A DNA stretch of 64,000 nucleotides from a bacterium. GTDB taxonomy: Bacteria; UBA8248; JACPRG01; G963555815. Shown piece by piece: positions 9,099 through 18,497 of this stretch; position 1 is the first letter of the stretch, and every line of letters starts with the position of its first letter. Both the position numbers and the translations under genes were made by a program. The notes under the pieces are model-generated. The model had not been told where the DNA came from. It did not search any database and saw nothing but the letters and a program-made list of their open reading frames with translations. The stretch covers positions 32,001-96,000 of the forward strand of contig CAUVWX020000001.1 in NCBI GenBank assembly GCA_963555815.3. Reading direction: 5' to 3'.

Positions 9099-10115
9099 TC
9101 AGGAGGCCGCTGCTCGTTCGAGGTCTTCTTTCAGTCGGGTAAAGATCATCCGCCCGGCGGTGGTCTGCAGGGCACTGGTGACGGTCACTTCCACCTCTCG
9201 CCCGATATCCTTTTTGGCGTTGTCGACCACCACCATGGTGCCGTCTTCGAGGTAGGCCACTCCCTGGCCGTGTTCCTTCCCCTCCTTGAGGACGAAGACG
9301 CTCAGCATCTCGCCCGGCAACACGACGGGCTTCACAGCGTTGGCCAGCTGGTTGATGTTCAGGACCCCCACCCCCTGGAGCTCGGCCACCTTGTTCAGAT
9401 TGAAGTCATTCGTCAGAATCTTAGCGTTCAGGGCCTTGCCAAGGGTAACCAGCTTTCCGTCGACCTCTCGGATCTTGGGAAAATCATGCTGGATGATCCG
9501 GACATTCAGGTCGGGATTCTTTTGGATCTTCTGCAGGATGTCGAGCCCCCGCCGACCTCGGTTACGTCTCAAGGAGTCAGAAGAATCGGCGATGTGCTGG
9601 AGCTCCTTAAGGATGAACTGGGGGATGATGAGGACCCCCTCCAGGAAGCCCGTCTCACAGATGTCGGCAATCCGGCCATCTATGATGACGCTGGTATCAA
9701 GGACCTTGCAGTTCTCGTCGTCAGGTTTTTCCGAAGAGGACTCTCCCTGCGAGAAGGATATCTCGCCTCCCTTTTTCATCCCCAATACCAAGCCGAAATA
9801 GCCGAACAGCCCGTTGACGAAGAGGCGGGCTGCGAGGTCCGCCGTTCCTTCAAAACCTGGCCACGTGCCGATAGAGAAGATGAGAAGATTAGCGATAACA
9901 AGTCCAAGGAGAAGTCCCAATCCCCCGCCAACGATGGAAGACGCCGAGAGGCGAGAGAACGCGGACTCTACGAAAATAACAAGCCCCACCACCAGAACAC
10001 CTGAGCCCGCCCCCCACGCTGCCGCCCAAAGGCTAGTCCCGAGCACATCACCCAGCACATAGCCGACGAGCGCCCCCAGCACGAAGAAAAGGCCACGAAT
10101 CCAAAGATAACTCAC
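9099..10115 (-). CDS. Membrane PIN/TRAM domain protein (YacL-like)
   Basis: N-terminal TM helices, VLDTSVIIDGRI, RGRRGLD, TNDFNLNKVA, C-terminal TRAM; usual position upstream of ispD. Confidence 0.93.
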   Translation of the reverse strand: MSYLWIRGLFFVLGALVGYVLGDVLGTSLWAAAWGAGSGVLVVGLVIFVESAFSRLSASSIVGGGLGLLLGLVIANLLIFSIGTWPGFEGTADLAARLFVNGLFGYFGLVLGMKKGGEISFSQGESSSEKPDDENCKVLDTSVIIDGRIADICETGFLEGVLIIPQFILKELQHIADSSDSLRRNRGRRGLDILQKIQKNPDLNVRIIQHDFPKIREVDGKLVTLGKALNAKILTNDFNLNKVAELQGVGVLNINQLANAVKPVVLPGEMLSVFVLKEGKEHGQGVAYLEDGTMVVVDNAKKDIGREVEVTVTSALQTTAGRMIFTRLKEDLERAAAS

Positions 10116-10309
10116 TGAGACTTTCCTCCCCTTAAAGGAACTTTCTTTTGGCTTTTTTCGAAAAGAGTCGGTCCCTAATTCCGGGCCCCCTTTTCGACGC
10201 CCGTTGAAGAAGCCCTCCCGTCTAGCGTATCCTGCCAACCGTCCCCCTTTCTTCGTACATTCACCTTAATATAAAGCCTTTGAGATCAATGACATTCCTG
10301 CCGAACCCC

Positions 10310-10840
10310 TCAAAGCTCCTCCCGCACGTATTCCCCACTTCGACCTCCACTCTTTCTCATTAAGCGGAGGTCTGTGATCACCATCCCCCGGTCCACGGCC
10401 TTGCACATGTCATAGATCGTCAGGGCTGCCACGCCTACCGCCGTCAAAGCCTCCATCTCAACCCCTGTTGGGCCAACAGAGCGAACCCGGGCGTCGATGT
10501 CTATATAGGCCTCTTCTTGCTCGACCGGTGAGAGAAAGAAATTCAGCTGAACGCCAGCGATTTGGAGGGGGTGACAAAGGGGGATGAGGTCGCCCGTCCG
10601 CTTGGTCGCCATGATTCCGGCCACCCGGGCCACCCCGAGGACATCTCCCTTGGCGGCCGCGTTATCCCGGATCATGGACAGGGTCTCCGGGCGCACAACA
10701 ACCCTTGCCCGTGCTGACGCCTCTCGGATCGTAGGGGGCTTATCCCCGACGTCCACCATCCGGGCCTGACCAGAGGCATCTACATGGGTGAGACCTTTGA
10801 GAACATCCTGTCCTTGAGGTTCCCCCCGACTGATGGTCAA
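10310..10840 (-). CDS. moaC: Cyclic pyranopterin monophosphate synthase
   Basis: LTHVD..GQARMVDV, LIPLCHP, TGVEMEAL, YDMCKAVD, KSGG. Confidence 0.97.
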   Translation of the reverse strand: MTISRGEPQGQDVLKGLTHVDASGQARMVDVGDKPPTIREASARARVVVRPETLSMIRDNAAAKGDVLGVARVAGIMATKRTGDLIPLCHPLQIAGVQLNFFLSPVEQEEAYIDIDARVRSVGPTGVEMEALTAVGVAALTIYDMCKAVDRGMVITDLRLMRKSGGRSGEYVREEL

Positions 10841-10886
10841 CTCCCGATAAAAGCCTATATATTGAAGGCTAAAACTACAAAATTAC

Positions 10887-10915
10887 AATATATATGCAGG
10901 TTTTCGCAGAGTCAA
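10887..10915 (-). promoter_or_regulatory. sigma70-type promoter for moaC
   Basis: TTGACT-17nt-TATATT in an AT-rich spacer. Confidence 0.65.
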
Positions 10916-11005
10916 TAGACGAGTCCTTCCGCGAGACTAACGAGAAGACAGCAAAAACCCACCTATCCCGCCAGAGGGTCTCCAAGGGACCCGCCGCCCC
11001 ATTTT

Positions 11006-12091
11006 CTACCCCTCCTTCGGGGTCCCTTTTCGAAACGCCCCACAATAGTTGAAATAGAGTTGGAGTTGTCTTCGGTAGCGGTGCCAGATCCAGGGGACGT
11101 AGTCCTCCTCTTCAAGAGGGGAGAAACCAAGAGCCTCCAGATAATCCCTGGCCCCTGCGAGGGGGTCCGGCCCGCCTTGGCTGTAAGGTCCACCCGGCAC
11201 CTTGAAGGGGTCGGTGAAGAGGAGAACACCGTCCAGCCGAAGAACCCGGGCCACTTCCCGAAGGGGAGTCCTGGGGTGGACCACATCGACAATGTTGGCG
11301 CTCGCGGCAAGGTCAAGGGCCTCGTCGGCGAAGGGGAGATTAGTGCAGTCGGCCACGATAAGCTCCACATTGTCCACCCGCCCAACGGTGAGGGGTCTCT
11401 GCATAAAAGCGTTCCGGTGGCGCCTGACGAGATGCTGAATGGTGGGCCGGGGGCGGTGGAGGAGGACCGAGCGGCCAAGAAGGATGCTCGCAAAGGAAAG
11501 GTCCACGCCAAAAACCCCCTCAAAGGCCTCCGAAAGGCGGAAGACAAGCCCCCCCGGACCGCAGCCGCTATCCAGGGCGAGGTGCTTTCCCTTGGCATTT
11601 CTCTTCGCCATCTCGGCAAGGACGTCATAGGGGTTTCTGCCATCGAACTCGTCGAGGAACTTTCGAAATGAGGCGGGAAGGGGCGCTTCCGAGAGGATGT
11701 CGGCCACCCGGTCGTAGTGGAGGGTGAGGTTGACATCCATCTTGTCCTCGCGTCGCGCAAGGTCGTAGAGGTCAAAGTGCTGCTCCCGAAGCCACATGAG
11801 AAGATCCTCGGAAAGGCCCCCAAACATTCCCGCTTGGCTGATGATGGAAGGATACCGGGCGGCCAGATACTCTTTGGGCCGGTGAAGAAGGATAAGAACC
11901 CCCCCGATGACGGGATACCATCCCTGGCACTCATCGCACCGGACCCCTCCCTCCACAACCTCGTCCTGGTCTCCCTCGGCGGGCCGAAGGGGGATCTCAC
12001 CCCCGTGAAGAGAGAGGTGGCCGCCACACTTCCCTCGCTGTCTCACACGGGGGGCAGGGCAGACCAGGTATTTTAATTTCTCAATCTGCAT
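11006..12091 (-). CDS. Class I SAM-dependent methyltransferase with N-terminal Trm112-like Cys module
   Basis: LVCP..C, CDECQGWYPVIGGVLIL; ALDSGCGPGG motif I, GVDLS, VADCTNLPF, EVARVLRLDG. Confidence 0.8.
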   Translation of the reverse strand: MQIEKLKYLVCPAPRVRQRGKCGGHLSLHGGEIPLRPAEGDQDEVVEGGVRCDECQGWYPVIGGVLILLHRPKEYLAARYPSIISQAGMFGGLSEDLLMWLREQHFDLYDLARREDKMDVNLTLHYDRVADILSEAPLPASFRKFLDEFDGRNPYDVLAEMAKRNAKGKHLALDSGCGPGGLVFRLSEAFEGVFGVDLSFASILLGRSVLLHRPRPTIQHLVRRHRNAFMQRPLTVGRVDNVELIVADCTNLPFADEALDLAASANIVDVVHPRTPLREVARVLRLDGVLLFTDPFKVPGGPYSQGGPDPLAGARDYLEALGFSPLEEEDYVPWIWHRYRRQLQLYFNYCGAFRKGTPKEG

Positions 12092-12256
12092 GGGCCGTTC
12101 AGTGGTCCTTCGAGATTCATTTTGTTTCGTTCCCATTATGCCATAAGGGGACAAGAAGGGGTCTGACCCCTTGGATCTGGAAACTCAGTTGACCTTTGCC
12201 AATAAGCGACATATGAGGGACATAGAAAATTCTTCCTAGATGACGGATGACGTGGA

Positions 12257-13171
12257 ATGGCCTCAGCGACGATCCTCATCGGCACTTCTGGCTGGTCTTA
12301 TCCCAAAGGCCCCGGCAAGTGGAGAGGAGTTTTTTATCCCAAGGGGGTCCGAGACGAGCTCGATTACTACGCACGCCACTTCAAGACTGTTGAGGTCAAT
12401 TCGACCTTCTACCGTCCTGCGTCACCTCAAACGGCAAAAGGCTGGGCCGAGAGAACACCCCAGGGGTTCCTCTTCGCCGTCAAGGCCTGGCAGAAATTCA
12501 CCCACCCTAAGATGTTCAAGGAGGCGACCGGGAGGGAGGCAGAGATCAGGCGAGGAGATCTTGATCTCTTCAAGCGGGGGATTGACCCGCTGATGGAGGC
12601 GGGAAAGCTCGGCGCCCTGCTTCTGCAATTTCCCCCCTTATTCATCTCCACGGCCGAGGCCCGGGAGGGACTCCGGCGCACCCTGGACTGGTTCAAGGAA
12701 TATCCTGTGGCAGTGGAGCTTCGCCACCGGAGCTGGGGGGAGGCGGCGAACCTCGAAGAGATTCTGGTCTCGAGGGGAGCAATCTGGGCCTTCATCGACG
12801 AGCCTAAATTCAGCAGCTCCATTCGACAGACCCTAAAACCCATCGGCGATCTTCTATACCTTCGCTTCCACGGTCGGAACCGTGAGAAGTGGTGGAAGCA
12901 CGAGACGCCGGAAGAGAGATATGATTATTGTTACTCGGAAGAAGAGCTTTTGCCTTTTGCAGAGGATCTAAAAACCATTCTCGCACGCCCCGACGGGCCA
13001 GAGAAGATTCTGATATTTTTCAACAACCACGCGAGGGCTCAGGCGGTCGCAAACGCCCTCATGCTGAAACACCAGCTCGGCCTGCCTTTGGAGGAAGGCC
13101 TGGAGGAGATTTTTGTCAACGCCTTCCCAAACCTCAGGGGCTTTTTGCCGAAGACAACCCTCTTCGGATAA
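12257..13171 (+). CDS. DUF72 family protein
   Basis: IGTSGWSY, TVEVNSTFY, LLQFPP, VELRHRSW, YLRFHGRN, FFNN. Confidence 0.93.
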   Translation: MASATILIGTSGWSYPKGPGKWRGVFYPKGVRDELDYYARHFKTVEVNSTFYRPASPQTAKGWAERTPQGFLFAVKAWQKFTHPKMFKEATGREAEIRRGDLDLFKRGIDPLMEAGKLGALLLQFPPLFISTAEAREGLRRTLDWFKEYPVAVELRHRSWGEAANLEEILVSRGAIWAFIDEPKFSSSIRQTLKPIGDLLYLRFHGRNREKWWKHETPEERYDYCYSEEELLPFAEDLKTILARPDGPEKILIFFNNHARAQAVANALMLKHQLGLPLEEGLEEIFVNAFPNLRGFLPKTTLFG

Positions 13172-13200
13172 ACAGATCTTTTTTGGCTTGAGATGAAAAA

Positions 13201-13588
13201 GGGGCTGAAGCGGGGTCGATAAGCCGGGTTCTGTACCCCGTTAAAAACGGGGCCGCGGCCATCCCTCTGGGAGTCCGGTTGCCCGGACCCTCTAGCGGCC
13301 TACCCGGGGACATCGGGCGAGCCACCCTCAAACGTCCCCCTATTTGGCCTTGCTCCGGGTGGGGTTTGCCGAGCCGGCCGGTCTCCCGCGCCGCTGGTGA
13401 GCTCTTACCTCACCTTTTCACCCTTACCGGGTCCCGGATTCCCGGGACCTTAGGCGGTGTACTTTCTGTTGCACTTTCCCTGGGGTCGCCCCCGGTGGGC
13501 GTTACCCACCACCCTGCTCTTCGGAGCCCGGACTTTCCTCCCCAGGACCTTCCGGTCTTGAGGCGGCCACGTGACCCCCTTCAGCCCC
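13201..13588 (-). ncRNA. rnpB: RNase P RNA (bacterial type A)
   Basis: GAGGAAAGTCCGGGC, GAAAGTGCAACAGAAA and ACAGAACCCGGCTTAT signatures; P1 helix GGGGCTGAAG/CTTCAGCCCC. Confidence 0.97.
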
Positions 13589-13632
13589 TGTCTGTTCGTA
13601 AAAAACCCGCCGTTGCGAAGGGAACACCCCTG

Positions 13633-13661
13633 AATGTAATCCCTTCTCCGTCAGGTCTCAA
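13633..13661 (-). promoter_or_regulatory. Putative rnpB promoter
   Basis: TTGAGA-17nt-TACATT about 45 nt upstream of the P1 5' strand. Confidence 0.55.
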
Positions 13662-13758
13662 GGGATCTTGCGTGAGCGCTCACTTGTCAAAGACAGAGCT
13701 TCTTCGATGGCCTGGTTGGCAAGGCGGTCGGCCCAGGCGTTTTCGTCTGCATATTAAT

Positions 13759-14694
13759 TTAATGTCTGCGCTTTACAGGTCGAATCTCCCAATGTTCGCT
13801 TAGCACTTTCTTGGTGGTCCGAAAATGCAACTTCGCTACCTTCTTCAACTTATCATCCCCATATTTCTCAACGAATTTTCTCGCAGATATTTCTACCTTC
13901 TCTGATGCTCCCTTCGGCAAGGTCATGTCATACTTCTTTCCCAAACATTTGAGCCGACTCAAGAACTCACTGCGGGCCAAGATCGACGCTGCTGCAACTG
14001 CTACATCCGATTCTGCTTTAGGCTCCTGATATAACTCAATCTTTTTCCCTTTCTCCATGAGCGCTTTTTTAACAAAACTCTTGTCACCAAACTGATCCGT
14101 GAACGCATAGTTACAAGGTACTTTCTCCAAGATATTTTCGATGACCCTAGCATGGCCCCATGCCAAAAGTTTATTAACATTCCTTATATTTTTATACAGG
14201 TCGTTATACCTTTCTGGTCCGATCGCCACGATGTTCCAGGAAACTTGGCCTTTCAGGAAACCCGAGAGCTTATCGATCTCCGTATCAGATACGCTCTTGC
14301 TATCTTTAACCCCAACCGACGATAATAAGTCTACGTCATTCCTGTCCATTTTCACCCCGGCGACGACCAATGGGCCAAAATAGTCACCTTTTCCAGATTC
14401 GTCGGTCCCGATCCACGTCGTCCAGTGCGATCTGTCCCAGTCGAGTTTCTGCTGCCCACCCCTTTTAAACGGATACTCAATACCCAGAATATCCCTTAAA
14501 AATTCCTCAATGTTAGGTCCCTGAATAACAATCTTTCCTTTTTTATAAAAAATGACTGTAACATTCTCCAAACGTGCCGCATAAATCGCATGGTCCTTCT
14601 CAAAAAAATTAAACTCTTTCAATGCAAGCAGATTCTTTATCTCCTTGCCTCGCTCTTTTGTAATAACCTCGGTGTATGTTTCAAATTGACTCAC
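13759..14694 (-). CDS. rnhC: Ribonuclease HIII
   Basis: IGTDESGKGDYFGPLVVAG, GVKDSK, TDQF, KAESDVAVAAASILAR, LPKGAS, VAKLHFRT; TBP-like N-terminus (VIFYKKGKIVIQG); visibly AT-rich relative to flanks. Confidence 0.93.
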   Translation of the reverse strand: MSQFETYTEVITKERGKEIKNLLALKEFNFFEKDHAIYAARLENVTVIFYKKGKIVIQGPNIEEFLRDILGIEYPFKRGGQQKLDWDRSHWTTWIGTDESGKGDYFGPLVVAGVKMDRNDVDLLSSVGVKDSKSVSDTEIDKLSGFLKGQVSWNIVAIGPERYNDLYKNIRNVNKLLAWGHARVIENILEKVPCNYAFTDQFGDKSFVKKALMEKGKKIELYQEPKAESDVAVAAASILARSEFLSRLKCLGKKYDMTLPKGASEKVEISARKFVEKYGDDKLKKVAKLHFRTTKKVLSEHWEIRPVKRRH

Positions 14695-14711
14695 AGCGTA
14701 ATAGCTCCTAA

Positions 14712-15770
14712 TTACGGCGCATGAAAATACTCACACGACTCACGTATCTCCGTGGCGATTCGCCCTATGCGATCTCTCGCAGCAGTCATGTCTGTGACCT
14801 CATGTGCCCCCTTCATGTCCGAATGCTGGTAAAAGTGTCGGCAAAATGGAACTTGTGCCTTTAAACGGCTCAAGTAAGCTTTGTGATCCTTACCTTGCGC
14901 GTAGAAACTCTTGAGGTCTTTTCCCCAAACTCCGCCAAAGTTCCACCCCTGACTCTCAACTTCTGCTTGTGTCGTCAATCTTAGAGAAATGAGGAGCCTG
15001 GTTAGATAGCCCTCAAAGCACTTTGCTAGTGGCATAACTACGTAAGAATACTCTGGCAAAACCAAAGGGACATCTAAAAGTGCAAAAGCCGTCTCGGCGA
15101 GCTTTTGATCATATTCCGAGAGAAAAGTGTATGCCCTTCCTAGAGAGGTTTCACACCTTTCTCTAGCCTGCTGCCAAAGTTCTGGTGTCAACAGTTTCGC
15201 GATCGTGTCAACGCTTTCAGGATCGTGCGATACAAACCGGGCTGCGATATATGAGGCGTTCTGTTGGCCCAGATTTTCGACTTTCGAGCATACTTCATGA
15301 AATAGGGGCTCACTAATACCCTGCACCAACACCGTCCCATTTTGGTAGTACGTCAGCGTAACTGTCGCAGGGCCGTCCGAAATGCGGAAGCGATATTTCA
15401 CAAACTTCGAATCCTCCTCCAAACTTGTCGAGCGGGGGTCCGAATTAAATGCGGTATGGACTGACGTTCGGAGGCCATCGTCGAGAATCTTATAGACATG
15501 GCAAGATGCCTTTCCCATCTCTGAGGTTCGGGCTGCAACCGATGCCCCAATGTGAGACTTCAATTCTTCAGCGAAAGGAGAGTCGTTCGGTTGAAGTTGG
15601 ATACGACTGTTTCGGTGAATAGTAACTGTCACGGTATCTGTTAGATTGCTAACCTGGAGTTTGACATCTCCGTTAGATAGGTCCTCTCGTTTAATCTGAT
15701 ACCCCTGGGGTCCGAACACTTCCTCAGTAAGCAGCCCAACTATCGTTTCAACTGGCAGGCGAAAAATCAT
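14712..15770 (-). CDS. RnlA/LsoA (RNase LS)-like HEPN toxin
   Basis: 352 aa; two TBP-like repeats (VTVTIHRNSRIQLQ; VTLTYYQNGTVLVQG), LPEYSYVVMPLAKCFEGYL helix, HEPN RxxxxH motif RHFYQH; recognised by motif only. Confidence 0.75.
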   Translation of the reverse strand: MIFRLPVETIVGLLTEEVFGPQGYQIKREDLSNGDVKLQVSNLTDTVTVTIHRNSRIQLQPNDSPFAEELKSHIGASVAARTSEMGKASCHVYKILDDGLRTSVHTAFNSDPRSTSLEEDSKFVKYRFRISDGPATVTLTYYQNGTVLVQGISEPLFHEVCSKVENLGQQNASYIAARFVSHDPESVDTIAKLLTPELWQQARERCETSLGRAYTFLSEYDQKLAETAFALLDVPLVLPEYSYVVMPLAKCFEGYLTRLLISLRLTTQAEVESQGWNFGGVWGKDLKSFYAQGKDHKAYLSRLKAQVPFCRHFYQHSDMKGAHEVTDMTAARDRIGRIATEIRESCEYFHAP

Positions 15771-15826
15771 CTATCTGATTTCACTAACCGAATTGTGTTT
15801 CGAGGAAGGATTGAAACGGAGATTTC

Positions 15827-16591
15827 TCACGCCTTCGTGTGTTCCGCCGGGCGGGCGGACTCCACGGCTTTGGGGGTCTCCTCCGGCTCGTAGAGAAAGC
15901 GGTTACAGTAAGGACAGGAGTGGATCTCCTCCCCATGGCGGACCTCATAGGCGAGCTGCGGGGGGAGGCTTCGGTGACACGCGGAGCAGGTCTCTCCATC
16001 CAAGGAGACGACAGCTCTGCCTGTCCGTCCCTTTCGCACCCTTTCATATTCCTCGAGCCATGCAGGGTCGACATCGATGAGAAGCCGCTTTCGGTCTCCC
16101 TGGAGCCAGCTGAGGCGCTCCTGGATCCGCCCGAGCTCTTCCTCCTTGGCTTTCACCTCTGTGGCGCAGTGGACCCCTTTTTTCGCCACCTCGGCCTTCT
16201 TCTCCTTAAGCTCTTCCCCCAAGGTCTCGGCGCGCTCCATCAACTCCAGCACAGAGGTCTCGAGCTTATCGATCCGGCGTCCTTGGCCCTCGATCTCATG
16301 AAGGAGGGCGGTGTACTCCTTGTTCGTCTTCACTTCAAGCTGTCTTCCCCGGCTCTTCACAAGGCGCTCGTGCTCCGCCTCTGACTCGGTCTCCTGAAGA
16401 GCGCGCTTTTTCTCCGCCTCCCTGCGGTTGGTTTCCAGGGCCGACTCCTCGGCCTCGGCCTCCTTCACTGAAGCCCGAAGAACCTCAATGGCCTCGGGGA
16501 TCTCCTGACAGGAGATCTCCTGGGCTGCGACCTCTTCGTCAAGGTCGCAAAGGGTTCTCAAGAGGCGGATCTGAAAGTTCTTTGTCCCCAT
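15827..16591 (-). CDS. C4-type zinc ribbon coiled-coil protein (zf-RING_7/DUF164)
   Basis: Long coiled coil, VKTNKEY, CSACH...CPYCNRFLY. Confidence 0.92.
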   Translation of the reverse strand: MGTKNFQIRLLRTLCDLDEEVAAQEISCQEIPEAIEVLRASVKEAEAEESALETNRREAEKKRALQETESEAEHERLVKSRGRQLEVKTNKEYTALLHEIEGQGRRIDKLETSVLELMERAETLGEELKEKKAEVAKKGVHCATEVKAKEEELGRIQERLSWLQGDRKRLLIDVDPAWLEEYERVRKGRTGRAVVSLDGETCSACHRSLPPQLAYEVRHGEEIHSCPYCNRFLYEPEETPKAVESARPAEHTKA

Positions 16592-16604
16592 CAGATCTTA
16601 AAAG

Positions 16605-16681
16605 TGGGTGGGCCCACCTGGTCTCGAACCAGGGACCAACCGGTTATGAGCCGGTGGCTCTTCCAACTGAGCTATGGGCCC
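16605..16681 (-). tRNA. tRNA with CAT anticodon, most likely Ile2 (lysidine)
   Basis: GGGCCCATAGCTCAG 5' end, anticodon loop CTCATAA, position after rpoD; 3' end reads ACCCA instead of ACCA. Confidence 0.9.
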
Positions 16682-16734
16682 ACCGAGCTCCTCTGCGCCG
16701 TCGAGGAGGGTTCCCCCCCCCCACAACCAACGCT

Positions 16735-18450
16735 CTAGTCGTCCACAAAGCTCTTCAACCGCTTGCTGCGGCTGGGATGGCGAAGCTTTCTCAGAGCCTT
16801 CGCCTCTATCTGGCGGATCCGCTCCCGGGTCACGGAAAAGTCCTGCCCCACCTGCTCCAGGGTGTGCTCGCTATCCATCCCGATGCCAAAACGCTTCCTG
16901 AGGACCTTCTCCTCCCGGGGGGTCAGGGTCTGAAGAACCCGTAGGGTTTGATCCTTAAGGTCCAACTTGATGATGGCGTCCTGGGGGGCGGTGACCGTTT
17001 TGTCCTCGATGAAATCTCCGAGGTGGCTATCCTCCTCCTCCCCGATGGGGGTCTCAAGGGAGATGGGTTCCCTGGCGATTTTCAGTACCCTTCGGACCTT
17101 CTCTACGGAGAGCTCCATTCTCTCGGCAATCTCCTCCGGGGTGGGCTCCCGGCCGATCTCCTGGACCAGGCAGCGGGAGGTCCGGATGAGCTTGTTGATG
17201 GTCTCGATCATATGAACGGGGATTCGGATGGTCCGCGCTTGGTCAGCAATGGCTCGGGTGATGGCTTGTCGGATCCACCAGGTGGCGTAGGTGCTGAACT
17301 TGTAGCCCCGTCTATACTCGAACTTCTCAACGGCCTTCATGAGGCCGATGTTCCCCTCCTGAATAAGGTCGAGGAAGTGCAGACCTCGGTTGAGGTACTT
17401 CTTGGCGATGCTGACGACGAGGCGCAGGTTCGCCTCATCCAGCTCCTTCTTGGCTTGCTTGTTCTTGGTGTGTCCCCGCTCAATCACCCCCAGGGCCTGA
17501 ACCAGGTCTCTCCTGGAGGTCTCGGCTTCCTGCTCGACCTTCTTGATCTGGCGCTTCACGGCCCGGATGCGCCGATCAAAATCCGAGAGAACCGACAAGC
17601 GATACCGACCCTTTCGCTGCCTGCCGTTCTTTTGAAAGTCCCGGATCATGGCCCGAAACTCAGGCTCATCGAGGTCTAACTCTGCCAAGAAGACGTAAAT
17701 CTCCTTTTCATGATCACGGATTTGTTTCACTAGGCTTCGGATCCGTTCGACGATTCGATCGATCTGTCGGCCCGTCAAGTTGATTTCTTGGATGAACTTC
17801 ACAATCCGGGCTCGTTGGCGCTCGGCCCCCTGCGAATGGCCATTCTTTCCAGCGCTGACCCGACGGAACCTCCCGTAGGTGTCCCTGATCTTTGAGATCA
17901 GGGTTAGGACCCGCTGGATTTCTTTCTCTTCTTCCGCGCCGCCCTTCTCATCACCATCGCTATGGCTGGAGATGTCGTAGACCCGAATCTCACGGCGCTT
18001 CAGGAGCGCCCCGAGGCGGATCACCTCCCGCATGGCCACCGGCGTCTGGATGGTCCCATGAAAGACCTCAAGCTGCCCTTCCTCGATCCGCTTGGCAAGT
18101 TTCACCTCCCCTTCCCGGCTGAGGAGAGGAATGGAGCCCATTTCCCGCAGATACATCCGAACCGGGTCATCCGTCTTTCCCAGGTTCGATTCATCCACGG
18201 CCAGCCCCGTGTCGGCTTGCCCCTTCTCAGGCTCCCCGTGTGGAAGACTCGCTTCCTGTTGAGTCTCTTGCTCTTTGTCAATGACATCGATGTCCATCTC
18301 CCCAAAGACCATCATGATGTCATCGATCTGCTCGGGGGAGATGACCTCCGGGGGAAGGATGTCGTTGACCTCTTCGTAGGTCAGGTAGCCCCTTTCCTTC
18401 CCCATGGAGACAAGCTGTTTAATTTCACTCATCCGTTCTTGATTCGACAT
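16735..18450 (-). CDS. rpoD: RNA polymerase sigma factor RpoD
   Basis: [61 protein letters not shown]. Confidence 0.99.
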   Translation of the reverse strand: MSNQERMSEIKQLVSMGKERGYLTYEEVNDILPPEVISPEQIDDIMMVFGEMDIDVIDKEQETQQEASLPHGEPEKGQADTGLAVDESNLGKTDDPVRMYLREMGSIPLLSREGEVKLAKRIEEGQLEVFHGTIQTPVAMREVIRLGALLKRREIRVYDISSHSDGDEKGGAEEEKEIQRVLTLISKIRDTYGRFRRVSAGKNGHSQGAERQRARIVKFIQEINLTGRQIDRIVERIRSLVKQIRDHEKEIYVFLAELDLDEPEFRAMIRDFQKNGRQRKGRYRLSVLSDFDRRIRAVKRQIKKVEQEAETSRRDLVQALGVIERGHTKNKQAKKELDEANLRLVVSIAKKYLNRGLHFLDLIQEGNIGLMKAVEKFEYRRGYKFSTYATWWIRQAITRAIADQARTIRIPVHMIETINKLIRTSRCLVQEIGREPTPEEIAERMELSVEKVRRVLKIAREPISLETPIGEEEDSHLGDFIEDKTVTAPQDAIIKLDLKDQTLRVLQTLTPREEKVLRKRFGIGMDSEHTLEQVGQDFSVTRERIRQIEAKALRKLRHPSRSKRLKSFVDD

Positions 18451-18497
18451 CTTGGCGCCTTCCTCCCTCTCAGGTGCCACGGTGTCTACACTATCCC

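Noticed and set aside
13745..15826. Integrative element or prophage at rnpB or tRNA-Ile2
   Set aside because: No integrase, transposase or att-like direct repeat found by eye; only the compositional shift supports foreign origin
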